A stretch of 63,584 nt of DNA, filler included, from Collodictyon triciliatum (lineage: Eukaryota), in NCBI GenBank assembly GCA_043381765.1. It is 7 parts of 7 records of this genome, joined end to end, with 100 filler letters (N's around TTAATTAATTAA, not from the genome) between each part and the next. Parts side by side here need not be neighbours in the genome. Positions count along the whole stretch, not along the records: positions 36,367 to 46,223 come from JBHJMP010002874.1; positions 46,324 to 56,172 come from JBHJMP010002875.1; 5 more parts are not named here. One strand, written 5' to 3'. Positions within the stretch are counted from its first letter, which is position 1. Each line of letters starts with the position of its first letter. A program made the position numbers and the translations under genes. The notes under the pieces are model-generated. The model searched no databases and was not told the origin of the DNA. It saw only the letters and a program-made list of their open reading frames with translations. Shown here one piece after another: positions 37,039 through 50,100 of the stretch.

Positions 37039-37918
37039 ATAATATACTTTTAGGTTTCGAAGACTCCATTTGCACCCAGTTTTTGAATCGTAATTTGCTG
37101 CAGTTTTCTGTATTGCCACGTTGGTGAGATGTATATCTATGGCGTGATATAACTATCAGGATTTCATTCTAGTTAATAGTAAACAAGTTGGGATTTTACA
37201 ATCCGTTTACGAAAATAACCTGAAAGAGAAAAGAGAAAAGAGAAAAGAAAAAAGAATAAGAAAAAAGAATAAGAAAAAAGAATAAGAAAAAAGAATAAGA
37301 AAAAAGAATAAGAAAAAAGAATAAGAAAAAAGAATAAGAAAAAAGAATAAGAAAAAAAAAGAGAGGAACATAAACATTTCAATTACAGTTGTCTTCAATA
37401 TTTTCCATGGAGAAACGATGGTTTGAAAACCTGATATTTAACAATTTATTATACATAAATTGGTAAATAAATCATACCATCTCATATAAATAAATAAAAA
37501 ATTGGCAATTTACTCAGAATGCTAAACTATACTGATGATTTTTTTTTTATAGCTGGTCAATATAAACTAGTACAAGAATCGGAATATAGACGACCTTGCA
37601 AACCCAGTTCTATACAGATAGACAACCAACGGTGTATAAGACGTGACGAGAACGTATATGCGCATGTCGAATTTTTTCCCTGGAAAACATATCAACCAAA
37701 ATAACCAAATGTTTACGCCTTAGTAAGTATTCAGAGAAGGAAGCATGATTATGATTCCATTTTCTACTGCGTTAAATGTGCAAAATCCAGACTTTCTGTA
37801 TGCGTAGATTTCATGAACACTATTTAACTTAAAGAAATCCTACCACCAACTAAACACGGATTTCCTATGTACCTCTGAACAATATAGGCCTCTGCCTGAT
37901 GCAATTTTTATCCTCAAT

Positions 37919-38014
<96 letters not shown>

Positions 38015-39559
38015 GTAATAATAATAACAACCTGTGGAGTTTCTGCTTTCCACCGATGGTCACGCTTCCAATCACTGATTTGGTTGAGTTTATCAAACAA
38101 GAAAATTCCTTTCCCTTGAGATTTACCAATCTGAGGATGATAATTCAACATACTCAATATAATCAGTTGTTATATTTGAAATAAAAGCATTTAACTGTTG
38201 AGTTTTTCCCCTACTTACCGGTTTCATTATCCACACTGTATCAGGAGATATTTTGAAGTGCTCGTAAAACATGTTATATTCAGCTTCGTGAATAATAGGC
38301 GATCATAATAGCACGTTAGTTTAAAACTCTGTGTAAGCAACAACAAAAACAACCCTCCATCCCCCAAAAAATAAAATAATAAATACGATAGATGTACAGT
38401 TGAATATGATTTCGACGTTTTCTAGATGCAGATCATGGATATTTAGTTACCTGGAAGGACAAATGTTGTAGGGAAAAAGTCGTACCTAAAAGGAAATATG
38501 AAAAATAAGATTACATACTAGAAACTCCTTAATTGATATTAATTTTATAATTTAACTCAGTCTGTTCAAAAAACCAAGCATATCCAAGAAATGGAGATGC
38601 ATAAGTTACATACTTTGCCGCTTCAGATACTCTGTCTTCCTTCTCAAGTTGCTTTTTCATTCTCTTTAAATTTTTCACCAATAAATCCTTTCGAGTTAAC
38701 TGTGTTTCAATTTTTTTTAATATATACATAAAATAAAATTTGGGGCATAGATGTATCTCTTTTAATGTGCAACGGAGCTCTTCCATTGGAAATATTGATG
38801 ATAAAATGAATGGAAATTTATCAACAATAGTTAGCTTAAAAAAAAAGCGACTAATGATAAAAATGAAATCATGAAAATATTCAGAAAAGAAATGAATGTG
38901 CTCATTCCAATTAAATAAAAGACTGTACTATGAATGCACACCATTTGCTAGAAAACAGACAAGCAAACAAGAGCAAAACATAAATGAATAAAAAGGATGC
39001 ATACTTTTGATTCTTGAATAAAAAAATCTCAGATTATTTTATCAGAAAAATTGATATTTTATATGCCTGTTCATTTCACTAAGTCAGCTACCTCATAAAA
39101 GTTTCGAAAGTGATTTATCCTCTGATGCTCTTCAAATCTCATCACATCAAACAAATCACGAATCCATTCTTTTTCAGCCCAGTTAAAATCCCAATCTGTA
39201 TCGCTGCATGTAAAAGCAGGCATCCATAGTCACTCAAAAAGCAATGGAATGATAAAAATTTGAAAAAGACATCAATTCAGGACATAAATCTAATAATATA
39301 ATTACAATAAAAAAAGTCACTCAGAAAGAATTTGGATTAATGCGGGCGGTTTATCCCATCAAAATCAAACGAGAAGAAGAAAAATAAAGGTGACCATCAG
39401 AAACTGTAAGATTGGCGGAAAACAACAAAGAAAGGAATATATAAGCATCAACTTTTAAACAACAAGGACCTGTCCGTCTCCTTCCATCCTCGACTTCCTA
39501 GCACATCCAAGATTGTGTTCTTGAGCGAACAACGATATCGGACGAGTCCACCTGGGGGT
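36746..39559 (-). CDS. TTLL9: Tubulin polyglutamylase TTLL9-like, partial at both ends
   Basis: Exons give [143 protein letters not shown]. Confidence 0.9.
36952..38027. repeat. Intronic repeats in TTLL9: (AAC)n 36952-37037, 13-mer (AAGAATAAGAAAA)n about 37250-37357, (AAT)n 37921-38027
   Basis: Tandem arrays visible directly. Confidence 0.9.
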
Positions 39560-40632
39560 CTATGTAATTCAACATTATAATGTGCCGACTCAAGTTCGGC
39601 AAGATATGGCTAGGCTATTTTCATATGCCTATTGATGCGATGGAATACATCATACAAACAAAAGGACATTCATTTTCAAACGGTTTTTTTTTCTTTGCGG
39701 GTAGAAGCGGGTTACTAAATTGCTCGGATAAGTCTCATACATGTACGGGGCCTTTNNNNNNNNNNNNNNNNNNNNNNNNNNNNNNNNNNNNNNNNNNNNN
39801 NNNNNNNNNNNNNNNNNNNNNNNNNNNNNNNNNNNNNNNNNNNNNNNNNNNNNNNNNNNNNNNNNNNNNNNNNNNNNNNNNNNNNNNNNNNNNNNNNNNN
39901 NNNNNNNNNNNNNNNNNNNNNNNNNNNNNNNNNNNNNNNNNNNNNNNNNNNNNNNNNNNNNNNNNNNNNNNNNNNNNNNNNNNNNNNNNNNNNNNNNNNN
40001 NNNNNNNNNNNNNNNNNNNNNNNNNNNNNNNNNNNNNNNNNNNNNNNNNNNNNNNNNNNNNNNNNNNNNNNNNNNNNNNNNNNNNNNNNNNNNNNNNNNN
40101 NNNNNNNNNNNNNNNNNNNNNNNNNNNNNNNNNNNNNNNNNNNNNNNNNNNNNNNNNNNNNNNNNNNNNNNNNNNNNNNNNNNNNNNNNNNNNNNNNNNN
40201 NNNNNNNNNNNNNNNNNNNNNNNNNNNNNNNNNNNNNNNNNNNNGCACTTTACGTGCGGCAGATAAAAGCCAGAGCATCACATCTATTGCTTGCCAGTTG
40301 CTCGGTAGATTCCCCTTTCGCAATCACAAATCAAAATAACATCTCCCCGTAAGCGACGATAACAAGCATCCACACAAACAAAAAGGCGTCCCCAATCCCC
40401 CTTGCTGCAATACGCAAGTGCTCGTGACAATCCTGACTTTCCTCCTGATGTTTAAACCAAACACATCGCTCGCCTGTGCTCTCTCATGCTCCAAGCTACT
40501 TACATTAAAAAAACCGATTAAATGATGGCAAATGATTAAATCAATTATCCTTTTACCCATCCACCAAGGAAGTCTTCAAAGACCCCCCACAAAAGCAAAG
40601 CCATCAACACATTCACATCACACCACTCGGAC

Positions 40633-42587
40633 ATGTCGCGCGCTGCTCCTGAATCGTTCACCCCCGAAAATGTACAATCCGCACCCAAGAGTGTAGGAGA
40701 CATCGCTGAAAGCAAAGTAGACTCCATCGAGCATGTGATGCATTTTCGAGTCGATATATCTGTGCGCACCTCGTCCTCCTCATGTGAAAGCTCTCGCTCC
40801 AGTCTCCACGAAAAAGAATTGTTGACAAACTTCCAACCCCAAAGCAAGACCCTTCCACCTTTTGAGGCCTTCAACAGCCATGATGCTATGAAAGATACCG
40901 GAGACGAAGACAGCCTGTTGAGCGATGTCGAATCTGAAGCCCCGGAGACCCTTGTTGCATTTCAAGAGGTTCTTCAGAGTTTGCTGGAGCAGCACCAGCA
41001 GGATAGAAAGAGGAAAAAGTCTGCCCTGAGCGATGCTACATCCTCATGCGCATCCTCCAAGCCCACCACTGCCACCAATGAGGCACGAGTCCCTTCAATT
41101 GGGAAGGAGGATTCTAAGAGCATCCTCACCAACGTACCCGTAGAGACAATTGTACCATCTCTTCCTCAAAGCAACACAGCTTCATCACTCAATGCTGAGC
41201 CGTCGACATTGGAGACTGCAGAGTCCAGTACCGGGCCAAAGGAGACAAAACCTAAGGCGCTTGCAAGAAGCCAGAAGCTCAACACCAACGGAGCCAGTTC
41301 ATCATCCGGCATTCAGCAGGAAATAAGACAACGCTTCGAGCAGCGTCCACCGAATCCCAACGTTGTTGCTTTGAGAGTAGCTCGTTCTCATGAGATTGAA
41401 GGCATCCTCACCCAACGCCGTGTCAGCGCTATCCCAGACACCTTCCGACAGCGGCTAGAGGACATAGTGAGAGAAACCCCGTCGCATATGCAGGTAATAT
41501 CCACTCAAACAGGATCCAACGTCCGTTCCTCAAGTCAGCCTGGTGAAGCCCGCTCCACCACCGCCGGAATCCAAGCAGCCTCATCTGAAATTGTGCAAGG
41601 AAGCACTTACGAGCGAGTCGAACACCAGCCGATGGAAAGACTGCTTAGCCAACAGGATGTGCAAGCTGCCCAACCACTTTCTCAAAGACAAGTCCGTCCA
41701 CAAATACCCCAGCAGCCACCTGCACGAAACAGTGGACCAGCTGTTGTCCAGGGAACGATGAGAAATGTCGGCATAGCGAGAGAGCTTGGCGATGTGACTC
41801 AATATCATACAGTCTCCACGATGCTCTCGGGTGAGTTCCGACAAAGGCTTGAAAGACTCATCCACCGACGATTGGTGGAGGCTGGTGTCGCGCCGTCTGC
41901 CCGGGTGATTCAGCGCAATATCAACCCCAACGCAAACCCGAATGCCCGCTTTGCGCGAAATCCACCGATGGTCGCAGACTTTGACCTTGAGGCGCTTGAC
42001 GGCGCTGTTGCTGCAGGCTCCGGGCGTGCAAGGGATATCCAGTCGATTGTGTCTCGGGAGGTTGAGGTTGTTCGCCAGGAAGTTATGGAGCTGAGGCGTA
42101 TGCTTTGCGCCTCCTTAGAGATGCAGATGGAGATGCAGCGAACTCTCCGCCAAGAGATATCCGCATCCCTCTTTTCCCAGAGGCAGACACCAGGTAGCGA
42201 ACTATTATCCACCAAAAACAAACTCTCCTTTTCTTTAATCTCTATCTCTCTTGTATCTATCTAATCTGGATTTAAGGCTATGAATACCAACCTCTCTTCC
42301 CCTCGGCTCTCGCCTATTTTCTATTATACATTGTAATGGAGGACCACTCGCTGACCCACGAAACCGTCATAGCAGCTCCTGCAACCTTCAATACCCAACA
42401 GCTCGGTCCACAGAAAGCAGAAACGTGCCTGATTTGCTGTGAAAAGGCCGTGGACTGCGCCTTCTACAAGTGTGGACATATGTGCTCCTGCCACATGTGT
42501 GCATTGAACATGCAGCAGCGCAACCAGCCGTGCCCCATATGCCGTGCTCCGATTCGTGAGGTTCTCCGTGTCTACCACACATCGTAA
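40633..42587 (+). CDS. C-terminal RING (C3HC4, neuralized/EDA18-like) E3 ubiquitin ligase with preceding coiled coil; 2 exons
   Basis: TVSTMLSGEFRQRLERLI and EVMELRRMLCASLEMQMEMQRTLRQEISASL, then after an intron (about 42194-42372) CLICCEKAVDCAFYKCGHMCSCHMCALNMQQRNQPCPICRAPIREVLRVY. Confidence 0.85.
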
Positions 42588-43173
42588 TGCCGATGGCCGG
42601 CAAGTGGCCCAGAAAAATATCCGTTCGGCCCATCTTTCTTGCGTCGTTCGCACAGTGTTGATGGGAAGAAACAGATATCATTCTTTACAATTCATGCACT
42701 TTGCCAAGTAACAAAATCTCCTTCCTTTTTTTTCTCAAGAAAAGTTATCTCCAATCACCACAAATGTCTTTATTCCCGTATTCAATGTCTTCATCATCTC
42801 TCTCCTTCTCTCCCTTGGTTGTTTCAAAGGCGCACACAAACACTGAATGGCTTCTTACGAATAAAAAAATATCTAAACAAAAATCCTCAAGTTTCATCAT
42901 TCTTTTTATATTTATCTAGAAAATAAAGATAGGAAAATAAATATCGCACACGACAAGCAATACCGCTAAGCAATTAAGAGAGGGAGCGACTCATAGACAA
43001 TTCTCTTTCTACACGCAGTTTGCGAATATTAAAGAGGAACAGCCATGACAGATTTTCTCAGTGATAGAGTTTCTGCGCAATTCAAAAAGTATATATAAAG
43101 GGCAGGCATATGATGAAGGAAGGAAAAGAGAAAATGGAAGAAAAGGAAGCGAAAGAGAGACAGGCGCGTTGTG

Positions 43174-45910
43174 TCATTTTGGAGGGTGTGGAAGAACATC
43201 AGTCAAGTACTTCAGAGAAAGATCGACCAACTCTGCATCGCTCTTGTCAAACCACTCCTATTAAAATAAAAAAATCCAACCACAATATCATGAATGGTTT
43301 TTTTTTGTAAAAGCAAGACATACTTAATTGTTAAATTATATATTTATGGTTTAAAGTATAAAATCAATTCGATATTTGTTTGCCTGACATAAAAAATACG
43401 TTTTCCCCTACAAGTGATATTACAATATCTGTGTTTGCCATTCAGAATGGAGGTTTAAAAGAAAAAAAGAGAGAGAGAAAGAGAGAGAAAAAAGCAACAG
43501 ACCTCATCAACTATTCGAATTATGTTGTATAGTTTTTTGTGTACGTCTTTGAATGATTCATGTTCTGTTGATAGTTTCTTGCTTATCACTTTCTTAGTGG
43601 CCTTGGATAAGCGCTAAAATAGCCAAATATGAGCAAAATGAAGCTTCATCAAGGTAGGATAATTTCATTAATATATTCTTTGAACTAACCATGGATTGAT
43701 ATTGCGCACTTTTTTCAACATCACTATGTGATAAATGGCCTGTATATTCGACACATACAAAATATGCATCAGGAAATGTTACTCGAGGATATGCGTCACA
43801 CAACTTATCTAGTATTTTCTAATATTACATGCTAGTTTTAATACCTGACTTTTGTGACCGGATACTGGAGCTATCTTTTGTTCTTGAGTTTTATATTTAT
43901 GAAAAAAATGAGTTATTTAAAGGAATAAAAAACGAGGAAAGTGAATATCTATGCTCGACCAGTGGATAATAATGTAAAGATATAAGTTTACATTTTTGAT
44001 GTTGATTTGGGGTTTTCAGAAAGGCTTCTCTTTCTTGTGCCTACAATTAGAGAAGAAAAAAAGTCGAGAAAGTTTATTTTTTATGTACTTGCCAATATTT
44101 CTAAATTTTAACTTTATTGAAGGAAATTCTTTTCTACTTTTTTCGTTCTATAATTTCCATACAAACCTAGAGCTTTCTCCTTTTTTTCCCCCCGAGTTGT
44201 CGTATGAAAAACCATATAAAATACATATTAGTGAAGTGTTTTTGATTATTATGTCTTCAATGAATAATAAAACCTTTTCACTAATGTCCGTCGCTTTATT
44301 TTCACTTTTCAAGGAGGCTTGTAGTAAATCAATTGTAGAGTCAGTGAAAAAAAAGAGTAAAAATTGTAGAACTTAAGTGACCTTCCACGATTTTTTTTCT
44401 TGAAAACCAAATATAACTCAAATAAATAAGTACCCTTATATTTTTCGAGGGCGGCTTCGAAGAAAGAATCGATTTCCTTATCTTCGATTAAGAACGATAA
44501 TTATTATCATTATTATTTGTAAATTCTAGTAGCGTTGCAACATTTGATATAAAGTGTGCACAAACAATGAAGTTCCGGAAGCAATACATATGTATGCATA
44601 GGAAAAAAGTGTCATTTGTGCAAACCAAAAATAAAAATAAAAATAAAAATAAAAATAAAAATAAAGATAAAGATAAAATAAAAATAAAATGATAAAGATA
44701 AAATAAAAATAAAATGATATGAACTAGTTTTGTGCATTTAAAAAAGAAAAATAGAACATACACACTGTTTCAGGTTTTCTAGATGAAATAGCTTCAACGC
44801 TTTCTTTTCTTGGGGCTAAAACACAATACTAATCAATTACGATGTATTGATGACAAGCTTATTCGATGGGGTAATGATCTATATGATGGGGATTACGAAG
44901 GTTTAAATCTTTGCAGAGTTCGTCCACAATGAGATTTGTGCGTTCTTTGTTGGCCTCAAACGCAGTAGATTCAGGTTTTACATACTGAAAGGGCATGTTA
45001 AGATGTGTTATTCGTATCGAAATAAATGCGATTATATTTTCTCTTAATAAGACTAGATGGCAAACAATTCACAAAAGCTTATAATTAAATTCGACTGTCC
45101 ACCCAAAAGTTTGTTCTCTATATTGATTGTTTTGAGTAAGAGAGCAAACAAACAAACAAACAAACAAACAAACAAACAAACAAACAAACAAACAAACAAA
45201 CAAACAAACAAACAAACAAACAAACAAACAAACAAACAAACAAACAAACAAAAGGTTTAAAACCTGATCAATATCACCGACGTGTGGGAAAAGAAAACTG
45301 GCTAAAGAGGTCAACGAAAGAGTCATTGTTGTCTCATAGAGGACAGGAAATATATTATATGCACTCCGAGTACGTCCCGGGTATTCCAATATGTATATTG
45401 CTACAAGAGGATCAAAATAAAACAAAATAATTAAGGAAATTAGTGACCAAGTGGTATCAATAAAAAAAAAACATATTCATAATAGATTCACGCGTAAGCT
45501 GAATCTAAACGAAAAATTTAAAGAAAAAAGAAGCTGATACACCTACATGGATGCTCGCCGCAACAACTCTGCAATGAACCCTTTGAAAAGTCTGAGGCAG
45601 ACAGAGGTATGTATATTTTTTGGATTGTTGTAGGCTATAAAATAAACAGAAAATATCAGGGAATACATCAAATAATGTGTCTAAAGGGATTAGCAAACCT
45701 TAATCTGTTCGAAGTAATTAAATAAAGAATCTACGCTCGGTGAAGTCTGGAAACAACTAGATTGTAAAGTGATTTTTTTTTTAAAAAAAAATATTCGAAG
45801 AATCCACTTTTGAACGCGGATATTATGTATAATAAAGGAAACATTTCAAAGCCACTTCCAATAAGAGGTATAGGCAGCTTGTGTTCTGGTGCAACTCCAG
45901 AATACTGAAG
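43174..45910 (-). CDS. Hypothetical multi-exon protein, 5' part off-scaffold
   Basis: A series of minus-strand AG/GT-bounded open segments (YSGVAPEHKLPIPLIGSGFE; IYILEYPGRTRSAYNIFPVLYE...GDIDQ; LCDAYPRVTFPDAYFVCVEY; EWFDKSDAELVDLSLKYLTDVLPHPPK*). No family recognised. Confidence 0.45.
45145..45252. repeat. (AAAC)n microsatellite
   Basis: Tetranucleotide array. Confidence 0.95.
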
Positions 45911-46127
45911 CGAATTGAAGCGAAAATTAATGCATTTGTGCCCTGTATTAACATCGTGCAAGTTTTAGTCTGCGACTCAGTTTTTGAAGTAATGTTTCAT
46001 ATCAACCAAAATTCTTACCAAAGTTACTGGTGAATATTTGTATAATCAAATTGAAATAAAACCTTTGTTGTGTCGATGAAAAAAAGGTTGATCTTTTTCA
46101 TTCTTCATGGTTATCCTGGCACCTTAA

Positions 46128-46223
46128 TAACATAACATAACATAACATAACATAACATAACATAACATAACATAACATAACATAACATAACATAACATAA
46201 CATAACATAACATAACATAACAT
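46128..46223. repeat. (TAACA)n pentanucleotide microsatellite
   Basis: Tandem array at a scaffold end. Confidence 0.93.
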
Positions 46224-46323
46224 NNNNNNNNNNNNNNNNNNNNNNNNNNNNNNNNNNNNNNNNNNNNTTAATTAATTAANNNNNNNNNNNNNNNNNNNNN
46301 NNNNNNNNNNNNNNNNNNNNNNN

Positions 46324-47105
46324 TTTCGTTTCGGAAGTGGTTTGCAAGGCAGTCAGCGACAAAGTTGAAGAGCAGTGGTGCAAGTGGGCAGCCTTGATAC
46401 ACCCCGCTCTGTCTTTGGATTGCATCCGTAGGTCCGTGTGCCGTGAGTACCCTCGCTGTTGCATTGTCGTGCAATTTCTTGATAAGGCTGGTGAATCCGG
46501 TACAGAAGCCTCTTTTGTGTAGGATGGTTTCCAGTGCTTCGTGGTTCACATAGTCGTATGCTTTCTCCAGGTCGTAGAAAATCATAGCGCGGGGTGTCCC
46601 GCTTACTTGATATTCCATGTACTCTTTGTTGACAACCCAGATGTTTGTGTCGATGTTCCTTCCGTTCATGAAGCCAATCTGCTCTTTGGATATGAGTTTG
46701 TCAGCGATGGGTGATATGCGATTTCTGAGTAGCGTCGTAAATATCTTATAGTCGTTATTCAACAGTGATATTGGCCGCCAGTCTGCAAGATTGCTCGAGT
46801 TTCCTTTCTTTGGTATCAGCCGCACCGTGGCCTCTGTAAATCCTTGCGGTAGGTCGCCACCAGACATGATTCCATTCAGAAAAGTCACTAAGGATGCCTT
46901 GACCTCATTAAAGAAAGCAGAGTATATTCCGTTGGGCAGCCTATCTGGACCTGGCGCCTTTCCGTTGTGTAGCGACTTGACAGCTTTCCACAATTCGCCT
47001 GCATGTATAGGTGCTGTCATGCTGGCTGCTTGCGAGGCTGAGACCTTGAAGCGGTTTGTAGTGATAAGCTCGAGAGTAGCAGCATCATAGTCTCCTTGAA
47101 AAGGC
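46324..47105 (-). mobile_element. Non-LTR retrotransposon (L1/Tx1-like) reverse transcriptase fragment, 5'-truncated, 3' part off-scaffold
   Basis: Uninterrupted ORF with KAPGPDRLP, LIPKKG...WRPISLLNNDYKIFT, EQIGFMNGR, DLEKAYDYVNH, SGVYQGCPLAPLLF. Visibly higher GC than the flank, with a sharp boundary near 47105. Confidence 0.93.
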
Positions 47106-47188
47106 AATTAATAATTAATAAAAAAAAATAATTGAAATTTGACCAAATACATTCCGTTTTGTGAAATATAATTTCGAATTCAAACCAG

Positions 47189-50100
47189 ATGAAGCACGCT
47201 CGTGAAGACCTGAAGGAGAGGCAATACAAGAACTGGAATTCGGCTCCACAAAGATACGAGAAACCGACACCACTGCCACCCATTATCTTTGATGAACATG
47301 TCATCCGTGTTTTCCTTTCCTCGACTTTCTGTGACATGCAGCAAGAAAGAGACGAGTTCTTGAGGAATGGAGCCCCTGAGTTAGTTTAATCCATTAATGT
47401 AATAACGAATTCATGATAAGGAATGATAATTTGATGCTTTTATTTTACTAACAGCGTTGTTTTGATGTCAGGTTGAAGAGGCTTGCGAAATCAGGGAGAC
47501 TGGTCCTTGTTTTTATCGATTTGCGCTGGGGACTGACTTCTGAGGACAATAGTGAGGGATGGGTAATCACTATATTATTAACACGTTATTTTATGAATTT
47601 TTTTTAGAATATGTAGCATATTATAAAGTAATGAACTTTAATTTTCTTTTATTGCTTTCAAAGGCTGTGGTTCGCTGTTTGGACTCCATCGAAAAATGCC
47701 CATACTTGGTGTGCTCTCTCGGTGCGCGCTACGGCTGGAATCCTGACCAAAACAAAACGGAGCTGAATAAACAAGCCCGCCTTTAGCAGCTGCTGAAAAC
47801 CAAGCCTGATGCCACCATGAATGATGTCTGGGTGGAATGGCGCAGTGAAGCCAATGACCGCTTTCCATTCATTGACGCAATACCTGTGTTGAATGTGACT
47901 GAATACGAGGTGAAACTAATAATAACATTGCATTCTGTATCTAATTATGAACAATTATTTTTTTATTCTTCCTTTCAATTTTGTGCAGGATGATGGAATT
48001 ATGAATAATTATAATTGAAAAATAAATAAATCGTTCCTCTTAATCAAATATATTTTCAGATTAAGTACACTTGTCTGGTTTATAAACCGGCATACAGACG
48101 CGCCTTCTTTTACCTCACGATGAGCAATATTATGTCCAATATGCCAAGAACGAGGAAGAATGGATTCTGTTTCAGGCTGAAAGCGAAGAGGCGGTAAAAA
48201 TTAATTTAAACTTATGGTTTCGTTTTCAGTATTTATGTCATGTTTATCTAATGATTTGATTATTTGACATGTATTTAATTGTTTTTTTTTTATTCTTCCT
48301 TTCAATATTGTGCAGGGTGGTGGAGATGTTGGCAATTGTTATCTATTATTATTTAGCGTAAGAGGCAGGAGGAGCTCAAAGGGAAAGTCAAAGCAAAGTT
48401 CGGGCATGTTGTTTACAAAGGAGCGAAGGAGTATTCGGACTTTGTGACTTACCATCTGTCCTACGCCATCGAGCGTGACTTTGGGAATCATACTGTATTT
48501 TTTTTAATTTTAATGGATTTATGGATATCAGTATTGATTGGTGATGTGTAATTCATTTACATTTGTTCACATAGCTATAAACTAGGTGAGAGACCCTGAA
48601 GACCAGCACAGCACCAGTTCAGGATGCATCGACGGGATAGGTTTGGTGGAATAAAGGCGCTTCTCAAGACAATCACGGAGCAAATAAGACGGAAATAATG
48701 GAATTAAAATGACAATAATATCCTTTGATTTTTCTTTTCTTTTATATAATATTTTTTTTATCAGGCCGTGAACTAGCTCAATATGGACAATTCTAAAATC
48801 ATCTTTCTTGCTGCAGAGTCTGGGATTGGAAAGTCGTCACTCATGGCTGCTATAGCGAAAGACCTCGAAGGGCTGAAGCATCCTGGGCTGAATGTCTTTT
48901 TCCATTTTGTCGGATACACCAATCTCAGCAACTACGTGGAAGGGTTATTTATATTTGTTCTTGTTTTTATAGATATTGCGATGTTTTTTTAAAATATTAG
49001 GTATCTTTCAGTGTCTCGATTCGCTTCTGGACTTTGGTCGCTAACTCTGCTAACTTTGTCGGGCAAAAGAAACAGGAAGCAGGTATTACATTATTGTACT
49101 TATTTTTAATTTAAATGTCGTGTAATTATTCATATTTATTTTATTTTATTTTGCCACCAAATTAAGAAAAAGAGGGACTCCAGGGTTTGCTTAAAATGAC
49201 TCAGGAGAAAAAAAAAAGTAATACTTGCGTCAATATCATGTCTCCTTTTATCTTTTATACCGAAATTAAAATACTTTGAATTGAATAAAAAAAGAAAAGT
49301 TGATATTAAATTATATGTTGTAGGGACGAGAAGTTTGTCTATCTCATCGACGCCATCAACCAAATCCACCAGTCTCAAGGAACTCCAGCTCCGCATCTGC
49401 TGACCTGGTTGCCCAAGGAAACGCCACCTAATGTCGACATAGTTGTGTCGACCATTCATACCCATGAATCTTGCACGATAATTACTTAAATTTTGGATAT
49501 GTTTATATTCTGCATTAAAATAATTTGAGTGGAAGTTTACTAAATAAATCTCTGTCATAAGTCTGCCAAGCAAAGTGGACTGGAGCCGATTCCTGTCGCC
49601 AAGTTGACCGAGGGCGAAATTAAGGATGGTGTCAAATCCTTTCTCATTCGCTATGACAAGACCCTGAACGAAAAGCAAGTTGGAACGATTCTGACTGACT
49701 TTGAAGATACTGGTGACACATTTTGTAAAAGGGTACATATTTTGATCAAGTCTTTCAAGGAATTAGCCAACACCCCCCCCCCCCCCCCCCCCCCCCGCCN
49801 NNNNNNNNNAAAAGGCACCATTTTTCTCCCCCTTCTTTAAAAAATAAACCAACCCCCCCCCCCCCCCCCCCCCTCGGTTCTGCACAAAAGTTGAAAGGAA
49901 GAATAAAAAAAAGTCTTTCAAGGAATAATTCAGTTTAGTTACTAATTATCTGATATTCAGTATAGGCCACCCACTCTATCTCCGCCTCATTCTGGATGAA
50001 GTCAGGGTCTTTGGTGTCTATGAGAAGCTCTATGATGAACTCTTTGCTCTGCTTTCGACCAATGGTATCATTGAGTTTTACACCCTCATTATTAAACGCT

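Noticed and set aside
46128-46223. (TAACA)n as a telomere or as the LINE tail/target
   Set aside because: One of many microsatellites at scaffold ends, not a G-rich telomeric unit, and separated from the RT by a spacer.
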